In this document: in pieces, positions 55,619-64,000 of the stretch
Numbering within the stretch: the stretch's first letter is position 1
Layout: each line of letters begins with the position of its first letter
NCBI GenBank assembly: GCA_043811375.1
Contig: JBDRNJ010000021.1
Location: 33,937 to 97,936, forward strand
DNA length: 64,000 nt
Origin: a bacterium
GTDB taxonomy: Bacteria; Zixibacteria; MSB-5A5; GN15; FEB-12
Direction of reading: 5' to 3'
The notes under the pieces: model-generated
What the model saw: the letters and a program-made list of their open reading frames with translations, nothing else
Databases searched by the model: none
What the model was told of the DNA's origin: nothing
Translations under genes and position numbers: made by a program

Positions 55619-56989
55619 TTATTCCTTCTTGTTTTCTTTCGTAAAGAACTCCTCAGCCAACCGCCGCAGCAGTTCAGGAGTATTATTGCCGGGGGTGTCC
55701 AGAACTTTTTCCAGCAGATGGTCCATGATCTTTCCCACCAGTGGTCCCGGTTTCAGATCAAACATGGCCATCACATCATGACCGTCGAGAACCAGGTCAG
55801 ACACCGTCAGCGGCGGTTTGCGCTTCAGTTCAGCCCTGATTTGCTGCTCGAAACAATCTACATCCTCGGTGGTGCCGCCCATTCCCTGCGCTTCGACGTC
55901 GGCACGGCGAAGGTCGAGCAGATCGAAAATCAGTTCCGTTCCCACTCGCCGCAACAAACGTCGCAGGCCCTTGTCGGAGACGTCGGTGGTGAACATGTGT
56001 CGTTCCACCAGAGTGACGACCTCGTCAGTCAGGTCGTGCGAGTAACGGAGGCTCTGCATCACCGACCGGGCAATACGGGCGCTGGTGATCTCGTGTCCGT
56101 AGAAGGTGGCTCCCTGATCTACCAGTCGCCTGGCCTGGGGCTTATTGATGTCATGGAAAAGCGCTGCCAGCCGCAGGAGAAGACGGGCGGGGCAGGCATC
56201 AATTGTCCGCAGGCTGTGTTCAAAGACGTCCCAGCGGTGATAGCCGCCCGGCTGATCGACACCCACACAGGTAACCAGTTCCGGCAGAAACTCATTGAGT
56301 AAACCGGTCTGTTGCAGGAGCCGTAAGCCAACCGATGGCCGGGGAGCCAATTGCAGCAGCTTGTTAAGTTCCTCGGCAATGCGCTCTTTGGAGACCGACT
56401 CAATCAGTCCGGCATGTCGGCGCATCGCTTCAAGCGTGGTCGGCTCGATGTCAAACTCGAATCGAGCCGCAAACTGGGCCGCCCGCAGCATCCGCAACGG
56501 GTCGTCCTCAAAGGATGCCTCGTACACCATACGGATCTGCCGTCGTTCGATGTCCTGCCGGCCGTCAAGCGGATCGATCAATTCGTTGTTGTCCAGGTTC
56601 AGGGCTATGGCGTTGACTGTGAAATCACGGCGGGCCAGGTCATCCTCGACGGGCAGATCGGGGTCAAAGGCAACGTCAAAATCACGATGGCCGATCCCCG
56701 TTGAGTGCTCTCGACGAGGCAGCGTGATATCAAATGTGTTTCGTTTACCGGATGAAAACTGCGTGAATTTAACAACGCCAAAGCTCTTGCCGACCAGGTT
56801 CACCTGACCATGGTGGCGCAGGATTTCGGTCAGTTCATCGTATGGAATACCGGTTACCAGGTAGTCGCGGTCCTGGGCCGTCTGCCCATCCAGCAGCAAA
56901 CCGTCGCGCACGGCACCGCCAACCTCGTATATGGAGCCCTGGGCGAGGATGTCGTCAATGGTCTGCCGTGACAACTTACACATTCTCAA
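55619..56989 (-). CDS. cca: CCA tRNA nucleotidyltransferase (class II) with HD domain
   Basis: VGGAVRD...DRD, DLARRDFTVNA, DDPLRMLRA, SKERI, HD motif LFHDINKP. Specificity (CCA vs CC/A/poly(A)) not certain. Confidence 0.85.
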   Translation of the reverse strand: MRMCKLSRQTIDDILAQGSIYEVGGAVRDGLLLDGQTAQDRDYLVTGIPYDELTEILRHHGQVNLVGKSFGVVKFTQFSSGKRNTFDITLPRREHSTGIGHRDFDVAFDPDLPVEDDLARRDFTVNAIALNLDNNELIDPLDGRQDIERRQIRMVYEASFEDDPLRMLRAAQFAARFEFDIEPTTLEAMRRHAGLIESVSKERIAEELNKLLQLAPRPSVGLRLLQQTGLLNEFLPELVTCVGVDQPGGYHRWDVFEHSLRTIDACPARLLLRLAALFHDINKPQARRLVDQGATFYGHEITSARIARSVMQSLRYSHDLTDEVVTLVERHMFTTDVSDKGLRRLLRRVGTELIFDLLDLRRADVEAQGMGGTTEDVDCFEQQIRAELKRKPPLTVSDLVLDGHDVMAMFDLKPGPLVGKIMDHLLEKVLDTPGNNTPELLRRLAEEFFTKENKKE

Positions 56990-57966
56990 TCCGGTATGAT
57001 TCGTGTTCCCGCCTCCCCGGACACCGCCTCGCGTGCATCGGCTATCGACGAAATAGTGACCATCTTGCCGCCGCCTTTCAGGAAACTGACAGCCGCCTCG
57101 ATTTTGGGTCCCATTGATCCCGGCGGAAAGTGACCCTGTCGGTAGTACTCTTGAATCTCGGATAGCGTCACCTGGTCGAGTTCTTTCTGGTCCGGACGAC
57201 CGAAGTTAATCGCCACCTTGTTCACCGATGTCAGGATTGCCAGAATATCGGCGCCGATCTCACGGGCGATTACAGCAGAGGCCAGGTCCTTGTCGATAAC
57301 GGCGTCGATTCCTTCGTAGTTGCCTTTCTCGTCGATGTATACCGGGATACCACCGCCACCGCCGGCAATCACAATAGTTTTGTTTTCCACCAGTGCCCGG
57401 ATAGTCTCAGCTTCGATGGTCCTTATCGGTGTGGGCGACGGCACCACCCGACGCCAGCCGCGATCACCATCCTGCCGCACTTTCCAACCTGCCGTCAACG
57501 CCCGTTCCCGCGCTTCCTGTTCGGTATAGAATTGACCGACAAACTTGGTTGGATTGTCGATGGCCGGATCGTTCTGGTCGACCAGCATCTGAGAGATGAT
57601 AGTCACCACCTCCCGATCGATCTTCTCGGAGCGCAATTTGTTCTGCAGGGACTGTTCGATCATGTAACCCATGCCGCCCTCGGTGTCGGCGACTACAATT
57701 CCCAGCGGCAGAATGGGAGCTTTGCCACGAGACAACTCAATCCGGAGCATGGCATTGCCGACCTGCGGGCCGTTGCCGTGCGTAACCACCAGGTTGAATC
57801 CATCACGCACCAGTTGAACGATCGGTTCCAGTGACTGGCGGGTATTGGCGAACTGGTTGGCAATGGTGTCCTCTTGTTCGGATTGGGAGATGGCGTTGCC
57901 ACCCAGGGCAACAACTGCTGTTCGACTGTCGGCCATCAGATCAATTCCATTTTCCTTACCAGTCAT
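56986..57966 (-). CDS. arcC: Carbamate kinase
   Basis: VALGGNA, THGNGPQVG, PTKFVG, WRRVVPSP, AVIDKD, GSMGPK. Confidence 0.96.
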   Translation of the reverse strand: MTGKENGIDLMADSRTAVVALGGNAISQSEQEDTIANQFANTRQSLEPIVQLVRDGFNLVVTHGNGPQVGNAMLRIELSRGKAPILPLGIVVADTEGGMGYMIEQSLQNKLRSEKIDREVVTIISQMLVDQNDPAIDNPTKFVGQFYTEQEARERALTAGWKVRQDGDRGWRRVVPSPTPIRTIEAETIRALVENKTIVIAGGGGGIPVYIDEKGNYEGIDAVIDKDLASAVIAREIGADILAILTSVNKVAINFGRPDQKELDQVTLSEIQEYYRQGHFPPGSMGPKIEAAVSFLKGGGKMVTISSIADAREAVSGEAGTRIIPD

Positions 57967-58017
57967 TTCAATTGGCAGCGGGTCGGCATCAACCGACCCG
58001 CAGTTTTATCATAACAG

Positions 58018-59382
58018 CTATTTACGAGACTTCTTTTTCCCCGAGACCTTTCGCTTTTGCTCGTTCAGGAAATTGGTCAGGACCGACATCAGATCAGGGT
58101 GACCGATTTCCTGCAGGCTGTAGCGAACACGAACCGACGGTTTCTTGATCTTGATCAGACGGGACAGATCAATCGGTGTCCCGATTACAACCAGGTCACA
58201 TTTGGTCCGATTGATGGTTGTCTCCAGGTCCTTGACCTGATCGGCTCCGTAACCCATAGCGGGCAGAAGTACGCCGATATCGGGATACTTCTCGAAGGTG
58301 GCGGCGATCGATTTGACCGCATACGGTCGCGGATCAACCAATTCGGCGGCACCGAACTTCTCCGCCGCCACGATACCCGCGCCGTACGTCATTTCGCCGT
58401 GTGTCAGTGTGGGACCATCTTCGACCACCAGGACCTTCTTGCCGCGAATCTTCTCCCAGCCATCCACGGCGATGGGGCTGGCGGCATCGATCACCGCCGC
58501 CCGGGGGTTGTAACGGGCAATGTTGGCGCGAACTTCCGATATGTCTTCGGCGTCGGCGGAATCAATCTTGTTGATAATAATCGCGTCGGCCAGCAGCAGG
58601 TTGACCTGCCCCGGGTAATACGAAAGTTCGTGTCCGGCCCGGTGAGGGTCCACCACCGTTATCATCAGGTCCGGCCGATAAAACGACAGGTCGTTGTTAC
58701 CGCCGTCCCAGAGGATGATATCGGCTTCTTTTTCCGCTTCACGCACGATCATCTCATAGTCGACGCCGGCGTAGACGGTTATGCCGCGGACGATATGGGG
58801 TTCATATTCTTCGCGTTCTTCGATCGTGCATTTGTGCTTGTCGAGATCGGCCAGTGTCGCAAAGCGCTGGCAAGCCTGTTTGGCCAGGTCGCCGTAAGGC
58901 ATGGGATGGCGAATCGCCACCACTTTCTGTCCCAGTTCCTGCAGCACTTCAGCTACCCGCCGCGTCGTCTGAGACTTGCCGCAACCGGTACGCACGGCGC
59001 ACACCGCCACCATCGGACGCTTGGATTCGATCATTGTCGGCGCCGCGCCCTCAACGGCAAAGCGTGCTCCGGCCTGCATGACGTAGGCGGCTTTCTCCAT
59101 TACATAATGGTAGGGCACATCGGAATAGGAGAAAATCACCTCATCAACCTGATGTTTGGCGATCAATTCCAGCAGGTCTTTCTCATGGTGAATCGGAATG
59201 CCCTTGGGGTAGAGCTTGCCGGCCAGCACCGTCGGATAGGTGCGTCCTTCAATATCAGGAATTTGGGTGGCAGTAAAGGCCACCACTTCGACCGCCTTGT
59301 TGTCCCGGTACAGTGTATTGAAATTATGGAAATCGCGCCCGGCGGCGCCCATTATAATCACTCTTTTTCTTGTCTTAGTCAT
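58018..59382 (-). CDS. arcE: Cyclic 2,3-diphosphoglycerate synthetase-like P-loop protein; probable arginine synthetase (ArcE)
   Basis: GAAGRDFHNFN, AFTATQIP, P-loop AVRTGCGKS, RHPMPYG, EEREEYE, WDGGNND, EDGPTLTHG, LPAMGY; directly upstream of arcC. Confidence 0.78.
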   Translation of the reverse strand: MTKTRKRVIIMGAAGRDFHNFNTLYRDNKAVEVVAFTATQIPDIEGRTYPTVLAGKLYPKGIPIHHEKDLLELIAKHQVDEVIFSYSDVPYHYVMEKAAYVMQAGARFAVEGAAPTMIESKRPMVAVCAVRTGCGKSQTTRRVAEVLQELGQKVVAIRHPMPYGDLAKQACQRFATLADLDKHKCTIEEREEYEPHIVRGITVYAGVDYEMIVREAEKEADIILWDGGNNDLSFYRPDLMITVVDPHRAGHELSYYPGQVNLLLADAIIINKIDSADAEDISEVRANIARYNPRAAVIDAASPIAVDGWEKIRGKKVLVVEDGPTLTHGEMTYGAGIVAAEKFGAAELVDPRPYAVKSIAATFEKYPDIGVLLPAMGYGADQVKDLETTINRTKCDLVVIGTPIDLSRLIKIKKPSVRVRYSLQEIGHPDLMSVLTNFLNEQKRKVSGKKKSRK

Positions 59383-59568
59383 TTTATTACTCCAGGCAAC
59401 TCAGGTTTGCATTTGAACATTTCCGGGAAGCTTGCTCGGTGAGAACATAGTAGTCGACCTATATCGAAGATGCCCACCATATGAAAAGCAGCAGGTACCA
59501 ACACAGGTACCGGTGTTGCCGATCGAGTATGATTTTTTTGCCTTTCACTGCCGTCGTTTCATTTCGTT

Positions 59569-61062
59569 TCAGGCGTTATCGATCTGAGCCCGCTGGAGGG
59601 CGCCGGAGAAATCGACATAAACCGATTTCCACTCGCTGAAAACGTCCAGCGCGGCAGTGGCCGCTTCGCGGTGACCGTTACCGGTTTCCTTGGTGCCTCC
59701 AAACGGCAGGTGTGTCTCAGCACCGATCGTCGGGGCATTCACATAGAAGATGCCGGTGTAAACGTCGCGCATGGCCGTATAGGCCTTGTTAATATCACGC
59801 GTGTAGATGGACGCCGACAGACCGTAGGGGGTGTCGTTGGCCATCTCGATGGCTTCTTCGAAAGTGCCGAAAGTACCCACCGACAGCACCGGCCCGAAAA
59901 TTTCCTCTCGCCAGATGCGCATCTTCTGTGTGACCTCGCCGAAAATCGTGGGTTTCATGAAGAAGCCTTTATCATAAGCTCCGCCGGTGAGTCGCTCACC
60001 GCCGGTTACCAACCGGGCGCCGTCTTTCTTGCCGATCTCGACATAACCCATAACGGTATCGAGTTGCGCCTGGCTGACCAGCGGTCCCATCTGGGTGGAT
60101 TCATCAAGACCATCGCCAACCTTCAGTTGCTCGGCGCGTTCCGCCAGCCTGGCGGTCACCTTGTCCACTACATCCTGATGGCAGATCAGGCGACTGGTGG
60201 CGGTGCAGCGCTGGCCAGTGGTGCCGAAAGCACCCCACAGGGCACCATCCACCGCCAGTTCGATATCGGCGTCATCCATTACGATCTGGACGTTCTTGCC
60301 GCCCATTTCCAGACAGCAATGCTTGAAATCGGTAGCACATCCCTGCGACACTTTGCGTCCGATCTCGGTCGAGCCGGTGAACGAGACGATCCTGACGAGA
60401 GGGTTCTTAATCAACGGATCGCCCAGTGCCGAACCGGAACCGGTCACCATGTTCACAACACCCGGGGGGAGACCTTCCTCGTAGCAAATCTTCACGAACC
60501 GGGCTACCGACAGAGGTGTGTCCGTGGCCGGTTTGATTACAACCGTGTTGCCGCATATCAGGGCCGGCATCGTTTTCCATGACGGGATGGCCATGGGGAA
60601 GTTCCAGGGAGTAATGAAGGAGCAGACACCCAGCGGCTGACGCACCGTCATGTTGAACTTGTTGGGCAATTCGGAAGGCATCGTCTGTCCGAACAGCCGC
60701 CGTCCCTCTCCGGCCATGTAGAAAGTCATGTCGATAGCTTCCTGCACGTCACCGCGTGTTTCATGAATAATTTTGCCCATTTCGCGCGTCATGTCGCGTG
60801 ACAGACTTTCCTTCTCCGCCGTCAGCCTGGAGGCTATCCGATACAGGATTTCTCCTCGCTTGGGAGCCGGGACCAGGCGCCACTTCTTGTAAGCTTCGGC
60901 CGCAGCCTCGATAGCCATCGAAGCGTCCTCAGCCGTTGATTTTTGAAAAACCCCGACAACTTCATCGTTGTTGGCCGGATTACGATTTTCAAACGTCTGC
61001 CCCGATTTCGAGTCGACCCATTCGCCGTTAATAAAGTTCTTGAATATGTTTGATCTGGCCAT
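59569..61062 (-). CDS. NAD(P)-dependent aldehyde dehydrogenase
   Basis: [39 protein letters not shown]. Confidence 0.95.
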   Translation of the reverse strand: MARSNIFKNFINGEWVDSKSGQTFENRNPANNDEVVGVFQKSTAEDASMAIEAAAEAYKKWRLVPAPKRGEILYRIASRLTAEKESLSRDMTREMGKIIHETRGDVQEAIDMTFYMAGEGRRLFGQTMPSELPNKFNMTVRQPLGVCSFITPWNFPMAIPSWKTMPALICGNTVVIKPATDTPLSVARFVKICYEEGLPPGVVNMVTGSGSALGDPLIKNPLVRIVSFTGSTEIGRKVSQGCATDFKHCCLEMGGKNVQIVMDDADIELAVDGALWGAFGTTGQRCTATSRLICHQDVVDKVTARLAERAEQLKVGDGLDESTQMGPLVSQAQLDTVMGYVEIGKKDGARLVTGGERLTGGAYDKGFFMKPTIFGEVTQKMRIWREEIFGPVLSVGTFGTFEEAIEMANDTPYGLSASIYTRDINKAYTAMRDVYTGIFYVNAPTIGAETHLPFGGTKETGNGHREAATAALDVFSEWKSVYVDFSGALQRAQIDNA

Positions 61063-61157
61063 CAGCTACTCCGTTAAGCCTTAACTGTTCAATAACTTGC
61101 GGTCTCTTCGCCAACCCGTATTGTGAATGAATTCACATCTGGTCGGCGCAGGCGGTT

Positions 61158-61185
61158 AATATATTGGTTTGGCTAATCTTGTCAA
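61158..61185 (-). promoter_or_regulatory. Putative sigma70 promoter of the aldehyde dehydrogenase gene
   Basis: TTGACA (61185-61180), 16 nt, TATATT (61163-61158). Confidence 0.5.
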
Positions 61186-61308
61186 CCGCTTTCACCGGAA
61201 AAGGCCAAGTTTCTTGCTTTGCCGCGCAACGAGTTATGTCTGCCGATATCCGACCGGGAGACTCCTCGATGTCGTCTGCCAAAAGCACGAGATGATGAGA
61301 ATCGCGGG

Positions 61309-61594
61309 ATAAAAAGTGACGATGCCAATAAAAGTGACGATGCCAATACAAAGTGGCGATGCCACTCGCCCTTCGACTCCGCTCAGGGTGACGACATTCG
61401 TTGCCTTGTAAATAATGATGTGTTGTCGGGCGACTCTGCCCGACAGTTCTAACGCAATACGCGAAACGAACATGTATGAGCTTGGTAGGTCGGAACCCCT
61501 TGTGGTTCCGACAGCTTGAGTAGGTCAGGACCCTTGTGGTCCTGACGCCTGGGGCGAGGACATAATAGTCAGGAGTACAAGACTCCTGACCTAC
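61309..61594. repeat. Composite repeat cluster: three 18-19-nt tandem repeats, one TGAGCGGAGTCGAA-type REP, one hairpin and three GTAG-type REPs
   Basis: ATAAAAGTGACGATGCCA x3 (61309-61364); 61353-61392 matches 49911-49950 at 37/40; GTAG-GTCGGAACC..GGTTCCGAC (61485-61512), GTAG-GTCAGGACC..GGTCCTGAC (61520-61546), inverted GTCAGGAG..CTCCTGAC-CTAC (61568-61594). Confidence 0.85.
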
Positions 61595-61652
61595 AATTGG
61601 GAATAGCCGCCGGCAGCGGTCAGACTGGGAATGGGTGGCCGCCCTGGCAGAA

Positions 61653-62381
61653 TTACACTCCCTGCCCGTTGGATTCGACCAGGCCGTCCCGAAGCTTGAC
61701 AACCCGCTGAGCCTGCGAGGCAATAGTCGCATCGTGCGTGATGATAATGATGGTTTTACCCAGGTCCCACAGTTCCCGGAATATCTTCACGATTTCTGTT
61801 CCCGAGGCGGTATCGAGGTTGCCGGTCGGTTCATCGGCCAGTATGATTTCCGGCTCATTGGCCAGGGCGCGGGCAATGGCGGTTCTTTGCATCTCGCCAC
61901 CGGACATTTCCGTCGGTCGGTTGGCCATCTTGTTTGCCAGACCAACCCGGGCCAGCAGTTGGGCTACACGTTCCCGGCGGTACCGGGCTTTGGCGCCCGC
62001 AAACAGCAGCGGTATTTCCACGTTTTCAAAGGCAGTGGCATAGGGGAGAAGATTGAAGGCCTGAAAGACAAAGCCGATTTTCCTGTTGCGGATATCGGCC
62101 AGTTCATTCGATGACAACGCGTTGACAGCCCGATCCTCCAGCAGGTACTCTCCGGAGGAGGGCACATCCAGACAACCAATGATGTTCATCAACGTAGATT
62201 TCCCGGAACCGGATGGTCCCATCACGGCGACAAACTCTCCCTTGTCGATCTTGAGATCGATGCTCCTGAGGGCTTGACATTCCACTTCGCCGGTAAGGTA
62301 AGTCTTGTTCACCTGTCGCATGTCAATGCTCATACCGCTCTTTGCTGCCTCACTTTCCGGATATCCTGTTATTCTACTCAT
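61653..62381 (-). CDS. ABC transporter ATP-binding protein (LolD/MacB type)
   Basis: GPSGSGKST, GFVFQAFNLL, MSGGEMQR, ILADEPTGNLD, ITHD; alternative start at 62333. Confidence 0.95.
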   Translation of the reverse strand: MSRITGYPESEAAKSGMSIDMRQVNKTYLTGEVECQALRSIDLKIDKGEFVAVMGPSGSGKSTLMNIIGCLDVPSSGEYLLEDRAVNALSSNELADIRNRKIGFVFQAFNLLPYATAFENVEIPLLFAGAKARYRRERVAQLLARVGLANKMANRPTEMSGGEMQRTAIARALANEPEIILADEPTGNLDTASGTEIVKIFRELWDLGKTIIIITHDATIASQAQRVVKLRDGLVESNGQGV

Positions 62382-63621
62382 ATCTCAGCGACTCAACCGG
62401 GTTGACCGAGGCTGCTTTCATGGCTGGAAACAGACCGGACACCACGCCCATAATCCCCAATATGCCGATCACCAATAGCCCGATCTCCAGCGAAATGGTC
62501 GGTCGGCCCAGGAAGTTCAATACATCCGATTCAATCGGTATGCGCTTGAAAGACTCGGTCAGTACATAACTGACGGCCATACCTGCAGCACCACCGGCAA
62601 ACGTTATTATCAGCGCTTCGATCAGAAACTGGGTCAGAATATACGAGCGTCGGGCGCCCATGGCCATCTTGACGCCGATCTCGCGCGTGCGTTCCTTTAT
62701 TGACACGTACATGATGTTGGCCACCCCCACACCCGCAATAAGCAGCGTCAGGCCGCCGATTATGGCCATGAATATCCTGATCCCGGCCATGATATTGTCG
62801 AACTCGCGCTTGTTGGCCACCGTGTCCCAGATCGACAGTGCCCGGTCGTCGTCGGGATCGAACTTGTACCGGGCGGCCATGACCTCGAAAACCCGCCGCT
62901 CCACCAGTTCATTGTCGTCCAAATCACGAATCTGGTAGACGATATTATCCAGGTAGGGATCGCCAAAGAGGGCTACAAAAGTGGTATGGGGGATAAACAT
63001 AATGTTTTCATCCGGCCCGCTATAGCTGCTGTTTTGCAGTTTCTCTTTCATAACGCCGATGACGGTAAACGGCATCCCGTTCATCAACATCTGCTTACCG
63101 ACGGCATCCTCATCGCCGAACAATCGTTCTTTCAGGTCATTGCCCAGAAAAGTGACGCGGCGTTTGAGCATCACGTCCCGGTCGTTAACCATGCGGCCGC
63201 CGGACTCGGGAATAAGGTTGCGCATCTGCTCATAGTTGGGCGGTGCTCCCACGACATGCTCGCTGACGATATTGTCGCCGTACTTCAATTTGCAGCCCCA
63301 GCGGTTGTACTGACCGCCGATCTCCTTGATCTCCGGGATTCTCGCCTTGAGATAATCGATGTCATCGGCGAACAGGTGAATCTGTCGTCCCTTGCCCATG
63401 CCTTTGTAGGGAATCGATGTCTGCCCGCCCCACATGATGGCGATACCTTCGCCGAGACCCCGGCTGTTGATAGTCATCTGCTGGTGCAGTCCCTCGCCGA
63501 AACCCAACAGCAACATGATCGAGATAGTCCCCCAGCCCAGGGCCAGCAGGGTCAGGGTAATGCGTTTTTTCTGTTTGCGGAAGTCGCGGATAAACACGTT
63601 GTAGATAATGGATAATTTCAT
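62374..63621 (-). CDS. ABC transporter permease (MacB/FtsX family)
   Basis: GVGVANIMYVSIKERTREIGVKMAMGA, FPAMKAASVNPVESLRYE. Confidence 0.94.
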   Translation of the reverse strand: MKLSIIYNVFIRDFRKQKKRITLTLLALGWGTISIMLLLGFGEGLHQQMTINSRGLGEGIAIMWGGQTSIPYKGMGKGRQIHLFADDIDYLKARIPEIKEIGGQYNRWGCKLKYGDNIVSEHVVGAPPNYEQMRNLIPESGGRMVNDRDVMLKRRVTFLGNDLKERLFGDEDAVGKQMLMNGMPFTVIGVMKEKLQNSSYSGPDENIMFIPHTTFVALFGDPYLDNIVYQIRDLDDNELVERRVFEVMAARYKFDPDDDRALSIWDTVANKREFDNIMAGIRIFMAIIGGLTLLIAGVGVANIMYVSIKERTREIGVKMAMGARRSYILTQFLIEALIITFAGGAAGMAVSYVLTESFKRIPIESDVLNFLGRPTISLEIGLLVIGILGIMGVVSGLFPAMKAASVNPVESLRYE

Positions 63622-63641
63622 ATCAACTTAGAACAGTATGA

Positions 63642-63739
63642 GTGGGAAAGGTCTCGCAGAGACTGCCGAGTCTCTGTCGGAACCACAGGGGTTTGATCTA
63701 CCAGACTTGCCGCCGGATCCCCGCCTTCGCGGGGATGAC
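63642..63739. repeat. REP-like palindrome cluster between two permease genes
   Basis: 63676-63701 is a reverse, degenerate copy of the 61485 REP; GGATCCCCGCCTTCGCGGGGATGAC (63715-63739); AGTGGGAAAGGTCT resembles AGTGGGACAGGTCT at 39595. Confidence 0.7.
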
Positions 63740-63786
63740 GAGTGTGTTAACAATTGAGCATAATGGAACACTTCTTCAACATCCTG

Positions 63787-64000
63787 TTAAAACAGTTTCA
63801 GAGCTTGTACCGGTTGCAGGTTGGCCGCCCGTCGGGCCGGAAATAGACCGGCAGCCAGACCGATCAGACCCAACACTATGACAACCATGATGCCGCCCCA
63901 GACGTCCACCCGGGGGACGCCGATATATTCCTCCAGTTCGAACATGGGTACCACCTGCACCAGACCGTACGCAAACAGGAAACCCAGCAATCCGCCCACG
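63787..64000 (-). CDS. ABC transporter permease (MacB/FtsX family), 3' end only
   Basis: GGLLG...AGLFPARRAANLQPVQAL; start lies beyond the window. Confidence 0.9.
   Translation of the reverse strand, partial: VGGLLGFLFAYGLVQVVPMFELEEYIGVPRVDVWGGIMVVIVLGLIGLAAGLFPARRAANLQPVQALKLF

Noticed and set aside
58057..59442. 461-aa + strand ORF
   Set aside because: Antisense shadow of arcE; no motifs.
61309..61546. Possible mini-CRISPR array
   Set aside because: Tandem units have no spacers, the hairpins are non-identical and irregularly spaced, and no cas genes are present.
61133..61732. 199-aa minus-strand ORF
   Set aside because: Reads through the REP/tandem-repeat cluster and overlaps the ABC ATPase end; likely spurious.

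Overview
Chromosomal window from a fairly GC-rich diderm bacterium. Gene content (T9SS porU/porV, bat operon, four-subunit 2-oxoacid:ferredoxin oxidoreductase) suggests an anaerobic FCB-superphylum lineage outside classical Bacteroidota, possibly Zixibacteria-like (inference only). Almost all genes are on the minus strand. 1-4 kb: TetR-regulated RND efflux operon. 4-6 kb: corA and a flippase-like membrane protein. 6-16.4 kb: extended moxR/DUF58/batABCDE operon. 16.5-35 kb: a DGGGP-synthase-like UbiA gene, then an envelope/T9SS-like cluster (Omp85, large barrel-like protein, NHL lipoprotein, two paralogous membrane proteins, M6 metalloprotease with T9SS CTD, a giant split PorV, PorU sortase). 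35.3-35.6 kb: unexplained structured-RNA candidate. 35.6-37.6 kb: ybbR-like gene and tsaD. 37.6-39.6 kb: AT-rich accessory islet (lectin-like/NDT fusion, small secreted protein, Trp/Cys-rich miniprotein). 39.8-46 kb: MarR/S41 peptidase, serine hydrolase, DUF3078, MscS, OmpA. 46-61 kb: central metabolism cluster (icd, mdh, LarA-family, ndk, korDABC, sucCD, cca, arcC, arcE-like, aldehyde dehydrogenase). 61.6-64 kb: MacB-type ABC transporter. Several REP-like palindrome families sit in intergenic regions. No CRISPR array, tRNA, rRNA, transposase or integrase was seen. Best leads: the PorV with a ~620-aa propeller/LysM-like insertion, the orphan ~235-nt structured RNA, the arcE-arcC pair, the lectin-NDT islet and the unusually cationic TCA enzymes. 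All calls come from motif recognition by eye; no database search or folding program was run.
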